Positions 50,582 through 53,946 of a DNA stretch of 53,946 nt are shown piece after piece (the stretch's first letter is position 1; every line of letters starts with the position of its first letter). The translations under genes were made by a program, and so were the position numbers. The notes beneath the pieces were generated by a model. It searched no databases. It was not told the DNA's origin and saw only the letters and a list, made by a program, of their open reading frames with translations. Origin of the DNA: Vermamoeba vermiformis (lineage: Eukaryota); NCBI GenBank assembly GCA_045837725.1, contig JBEWZL010000261.1, positions 62,001-115,946 on the forward strand. The letters run 5' to 3'.

Positions 50582-51229
50582 AAGAATCTGGTTTACTTAA
50601 CACTTTCGGACAACCCACTCGTCGGAACACTTCCTGACTTGAGTGGATTGGAGAAACTAAAACAACTGAATATTGGTTCGACGCTATTATCAATGAACGA
50701 GAGCTCACTTGCCACGCTAATGCAAATTCAGTCACTTGAAAGCTTGTGGCTCCAACAAGTAACTATTGAAGGAGAACTGCCGTCGAACATTTCGAACTCA
50801 CTCACGATAATTGACCTATCAAACTGTGGGCTACAAGGAACAATTCCGACGTCTTGGGTAAACAGCAGCATTCAGCATCTATATATCAGTAGGAATAATC
50901 TCACCGGCTCTATTCCGTGCTTTGGCAAGGAAGTCTTATCTCTCGACGCATCTCACAACAACTTTGACGGAGAATTCTGTGGCAGTGAGTTTCGACGTTT
51001 GCTCCAATTGACCCTCACAGATACAAAGCTGACTGGCGTATTTGACTTGCCAAACGTTGATGTTTATGGCATGACCGGGTTGTTTATTCAACGAAATCGT
51101 TTCACTTCATTCATGCCTTCAACGATGAACAATACTGACGGGCCTTTCTCTTGCCTTGTTCTCGATAATCCGTTTCAATGTCCCATACCCAAGTGGGCTC
51201 AAGTCGAATGTCATGCCACTTGTAATTAA
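50579..51229 (+). CDS. Orphaned 3' LRR ectodomain of MYRF-like copy 1
   Basis: Reads LKNLVYLTLSDNPLVGTLP...NPFQCPIPKWAQVECHATCN*, collinear with the C-terminal half of copy 2. Confidence 0.88.
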   Translation, partial: LKNLVYLTLSDNPLVGTLPDLSGLEKLKQLNIGSTLLSMNESSLATLMQIQSLESLWLQQVTIEGELPSNISNSLTIIDLSNCGLQGTIPTSWVNSSIQHLYISRNNLTGSIPCFGKEVLSLDASHNNFDGEFCGSEFRRLLQLTLTDTKLTGVFDLPNVDVYGMTGLFIQRNRFTSFMPSTMNNTDGPFSCLVLDNPFQCPIPKWAQVECHATCN

Positions 51230-51514
51230 AGAAACGCGTTCTTGACTCAATATTTAGCGTAAGTAATTATTTACGATAAGCAGTTAGTTTGAAACTAAGT
51301 CTAATCTCAGCAACAAGAACTCTGGACTAGCGTAGGAAGCGTGATTAAACATGACACAAGGGGCTATTTAAGGTAATTTGATCCATAGTATAGTTAAAGA
51401 TTTGTTTCGAAACGAAAGATTCTACATCGAGCCGTTAAAATTGATGCTTTTGACACGTTTAAATTATTCCATTTTATGCTAACAATGACTCAGTGATTAC
51501 AACAAGCAACAAAG

Positions 51515-53946
51515 ATGGAGAAAATACACATCAGAAATATGTTTCGGCTCTTGGTTCCGCTCAACGAGAATCTCGGATCTGCGGTCACGAGAACAGAACC
51601 GTTTGGATTCGACATGGTCGACTTTCGGTGCAGTTTCAATATCAAATTGGTTGCAACAGACCATTTTGGAAATATCAAGCATGAACCGAAGAATTGTTTC
51701 ACTTGGGCAAAACGAAATCCGTTGATCTACTCTGAAGACTCTGAAAATTCTGTCAATGGTTTATTTATTCGTCTAAAAATCAACCAAGGCGTATTCGACT
51801 TTCGAAGAACGAAGGACAGAATGTTTCAGCTCATAGTTGAATATTTTGAAAACGGAAATTTGGTCAAAACAGGCACGTCTCGAATCTGGGAGCTTTTTCC
51901 AAAAAGGCGGCATGTTCAGGGTAATGACGAAGAAAATGAGAGTAAGTAGATCACTTTTATCGTTTCCGAATCTATTTCTGAACTAAATCACAATATCAGC
52001 CGTTCTTCCGATCTACTGGATCGGCGAAGATGGCTATCTTGCGGACACCCCATCACGTGTATCGCCTGGCTATCTATCTGATACTCAGCCGCAAATATCA
52101 CCTGAAGATATGTCTGCTCATCAAATCAATGCTGCCTCTTCTGAAGAGGCCAAGTCTTCGCCGAGCATTCAAGAGTACCTCTTCGAGGACGCGATCTTTG
52201 ACGTTGAAAGCCTCGTGGAAGAAAGCCAACTGTCGATGGCACTGACGAAAGGAAGCGACAACTACATGGTGCTGTACAACGGCAATGCAGAAGTCGTGGG
52301 AAACTTTCGAGCACTCAACTTCTACAAAGCATCAGATATCAACATTAAAGAAGACATTCGCTTGTTGGAACAGGGTACGAGAACGTGTGCAATCTTTATT
52401 ATTTCGTTTAGCTTTGCTAACGTTCTGTATTCAGACCGAGACTGTCGAGCGTCACTCCTTCAAATCAACGGAGTGTCGTACAAGTTCAAACCAGGAGTGA
52501 GTCACGCAACGAACAAACGATTCATTGGATACATTGCTCAACAGATTGAAAGTGTGGTGCCTGAAGCTGTGCAACTCATCGATGGTACGTGCAAATGGAT
52601 AGTGTTATCGCTAAGAGTGAGCTAACGTTATTGACATAAATAGGTATTCTTCATGTGGATTACGAGTCACTGATACCATACATGAGTGAATCAATCAAAC
52701 AGAACTACAATGACATTCAGAACGTCACTTCCGAAGTTGATCGCATTCAACGAGTCATCGATGCTCTCTACGACCAATTCACTGGAACAACACAGAAGCT
52801 GCCAACAAAAAGAACCTCAAATAAGAATAGAACCAAGGTGATTGGCTGGACGATTGGCACTATTGGAGTATTGGCTCTCGTTATATCATTTGTCCTTGGT
52901 GCCGTGTTCTTCACAAACCAAAATGAAACACCAAGTGCAACAGTTCCAACAACAAATGTCAACCCAAGTACGAACAGGCCTAACCTTGCGCCTCTAATGC
53001 CTGCAAACTACGAGCGAGGCATGGTGTTAGAGTTGTATCATTCGTTGCAGCTCGTCAACAAAGCGCTTCAGAACTTGACGGGCCCGCACTGTGACTGGCC
53101 TGGAATATCATGCAACGCTACCACAGGTCGTGTCATCAGCATCAAAATTAATACGTTAATGGGTCACTTTCAACTAAGACCGGGCATGCCTGCAACTATT
53201 CCAGCGAGCATTGGAAATTTCACAGAGCTGCAATTCTTGGATCTGAGCTTCAGCAATCTCACGGCAACAATTCCTGCGTCAATCACCAACTTGAAACAGC
53301 TATTTCATTTGCGACTAACCAGCAATCCTCATCTGACTGGCACATTGCCTGAGTTTGCAGCGTTACCTACGTTGAAGGAGCTGTTTCTCTTTGGCACTTC
53401 CCTTTCAGTGAACGAAAGCTCTCTGACGATGTTGATGAACTTGCCGTCAATTGAAACGCTCAGTCTACGCGGACTTGCGATCCGCTCTCAGCTACCTACA
53501 ACAATGTCCAAGTCGTTAAAACAGTTACTTATCAGTGGCTGTAGGTTGCACGGAACAATTCCGAAGTCATGGGAAGACAGCAACGTTCAATACCTTGACA
53601 TCAGCGACAATAGGCTCAATGGTTCTATTCCGTGCTTAGGAAAGAATATTCATTCGTTGTACGCTGATCACAACCAATTTTCTGGAGAATTTTGTGGCGA
53701 CAATTACAGACAAATTGAAGCGATGTTCCTGATGAATATGAATTTGACGGGAGTGTTTGACTTGCCGAACGCAGATATCTCTCAGATGTCAGCTCTATTT
53801 GTCCATGATAATCAGTTCACGTCGTTCATGCCGTCCTCACAACCGGACGAAGATCAAGGGCCACTTCAATGTTCAGCGGTTAACAACCCTCTCAAATGCC
53901 CGATTCCTGATTGGACGAAGAAATTATGTAGTGCCAAGTGCACCTG
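51515..53946 (+). CDS. MYRF-like membrane-tethered factor copy 2, intact: putative DNA-binding domain, S74 autoprotease/chaperone, coiled coil, TM (52838-52912), LRR ectodomain; exons 51515-51941, 52000-52374, 52435-52584, 52644-end
   Basis: All three introns are phase 1 and give one open frame. Ser 52332-34 and Lys 52347-49 in ASDINIK. CDWPGISC N-cap and ~9-10 LRRs. The window ends at ...KCT-TG, where the paralog stops. Confidence 0.9.

Noticed and set aside
50490-51229. In-frame F-box/SPRY-LRR fusion created at the right breakpoint
   Set aside because: The SPRY frame continues QESGLLNTFGQPTRRNTS and stops at 50635-50637; the LRR is in a different frame.
52375-52434. Stop-free 60-nt intron as regulated intron retention within the S74 domain
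   Set aside because: The equivalent intron in copy 1 contains an in-frame stop, so read-through is not conserved.
52300-52760. Peptidase S74 as evidence of a prophage or phage tail-fibre gene
   Set aside because: The domain is split by spliceosomal introns and embedded in a TM-LRR protein; no other phage genes are present.

Overview
Gene-dense, intron-rich eukaryotic DNA: short AT-rich GT-AG introns with CTAAC-type branch points, standard code, probably a protist or amoeba (lineage is inference). It holds about 29 genes or gene fragments. Housekeeping-type genes include folB, a TRIT1/MOD5-like tRNA isopentenyltransferase, PGAP2IP/CWH43-like, MOSPD-like, VASt, PhyH, MPPED-like and an SDR. These are interleaved with expanded, recognition-type families: four tandem LRR genes with a homogenised C-terminal F-box-like module, two ABCG transporters with Cys-rich ectodomains, several F-box genes and a catalytically degenerate GH19-LysM protein. 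The standout is a pair of genes (43932->42230 plus 50579->51229, and 51515->window end) encoding a putative DNA-binding domain, a peptidase-S74 self-cleaving chaperone with an intact Ser-Lys dyad, a coiled coil, one TM helix and a divergent plant-receptor-like LRR ectodomain. This is a MYRF/MrfA-like membrane-tethered transcription factor fused to an LRR sensor. An exactly reciprocal ~8.35-kb inversion (42233-50578, 3-bp CTC microhomology) splits one copy and also an F-box/SPRY gene; re-inverting the segment restores both junctions in frame. Several isolated 1-nt indels look like long-read errors. No RNA genes, CRISPR arrays or transposases were recognised. All domain calls come from motif recognition by eye, not from database searches.
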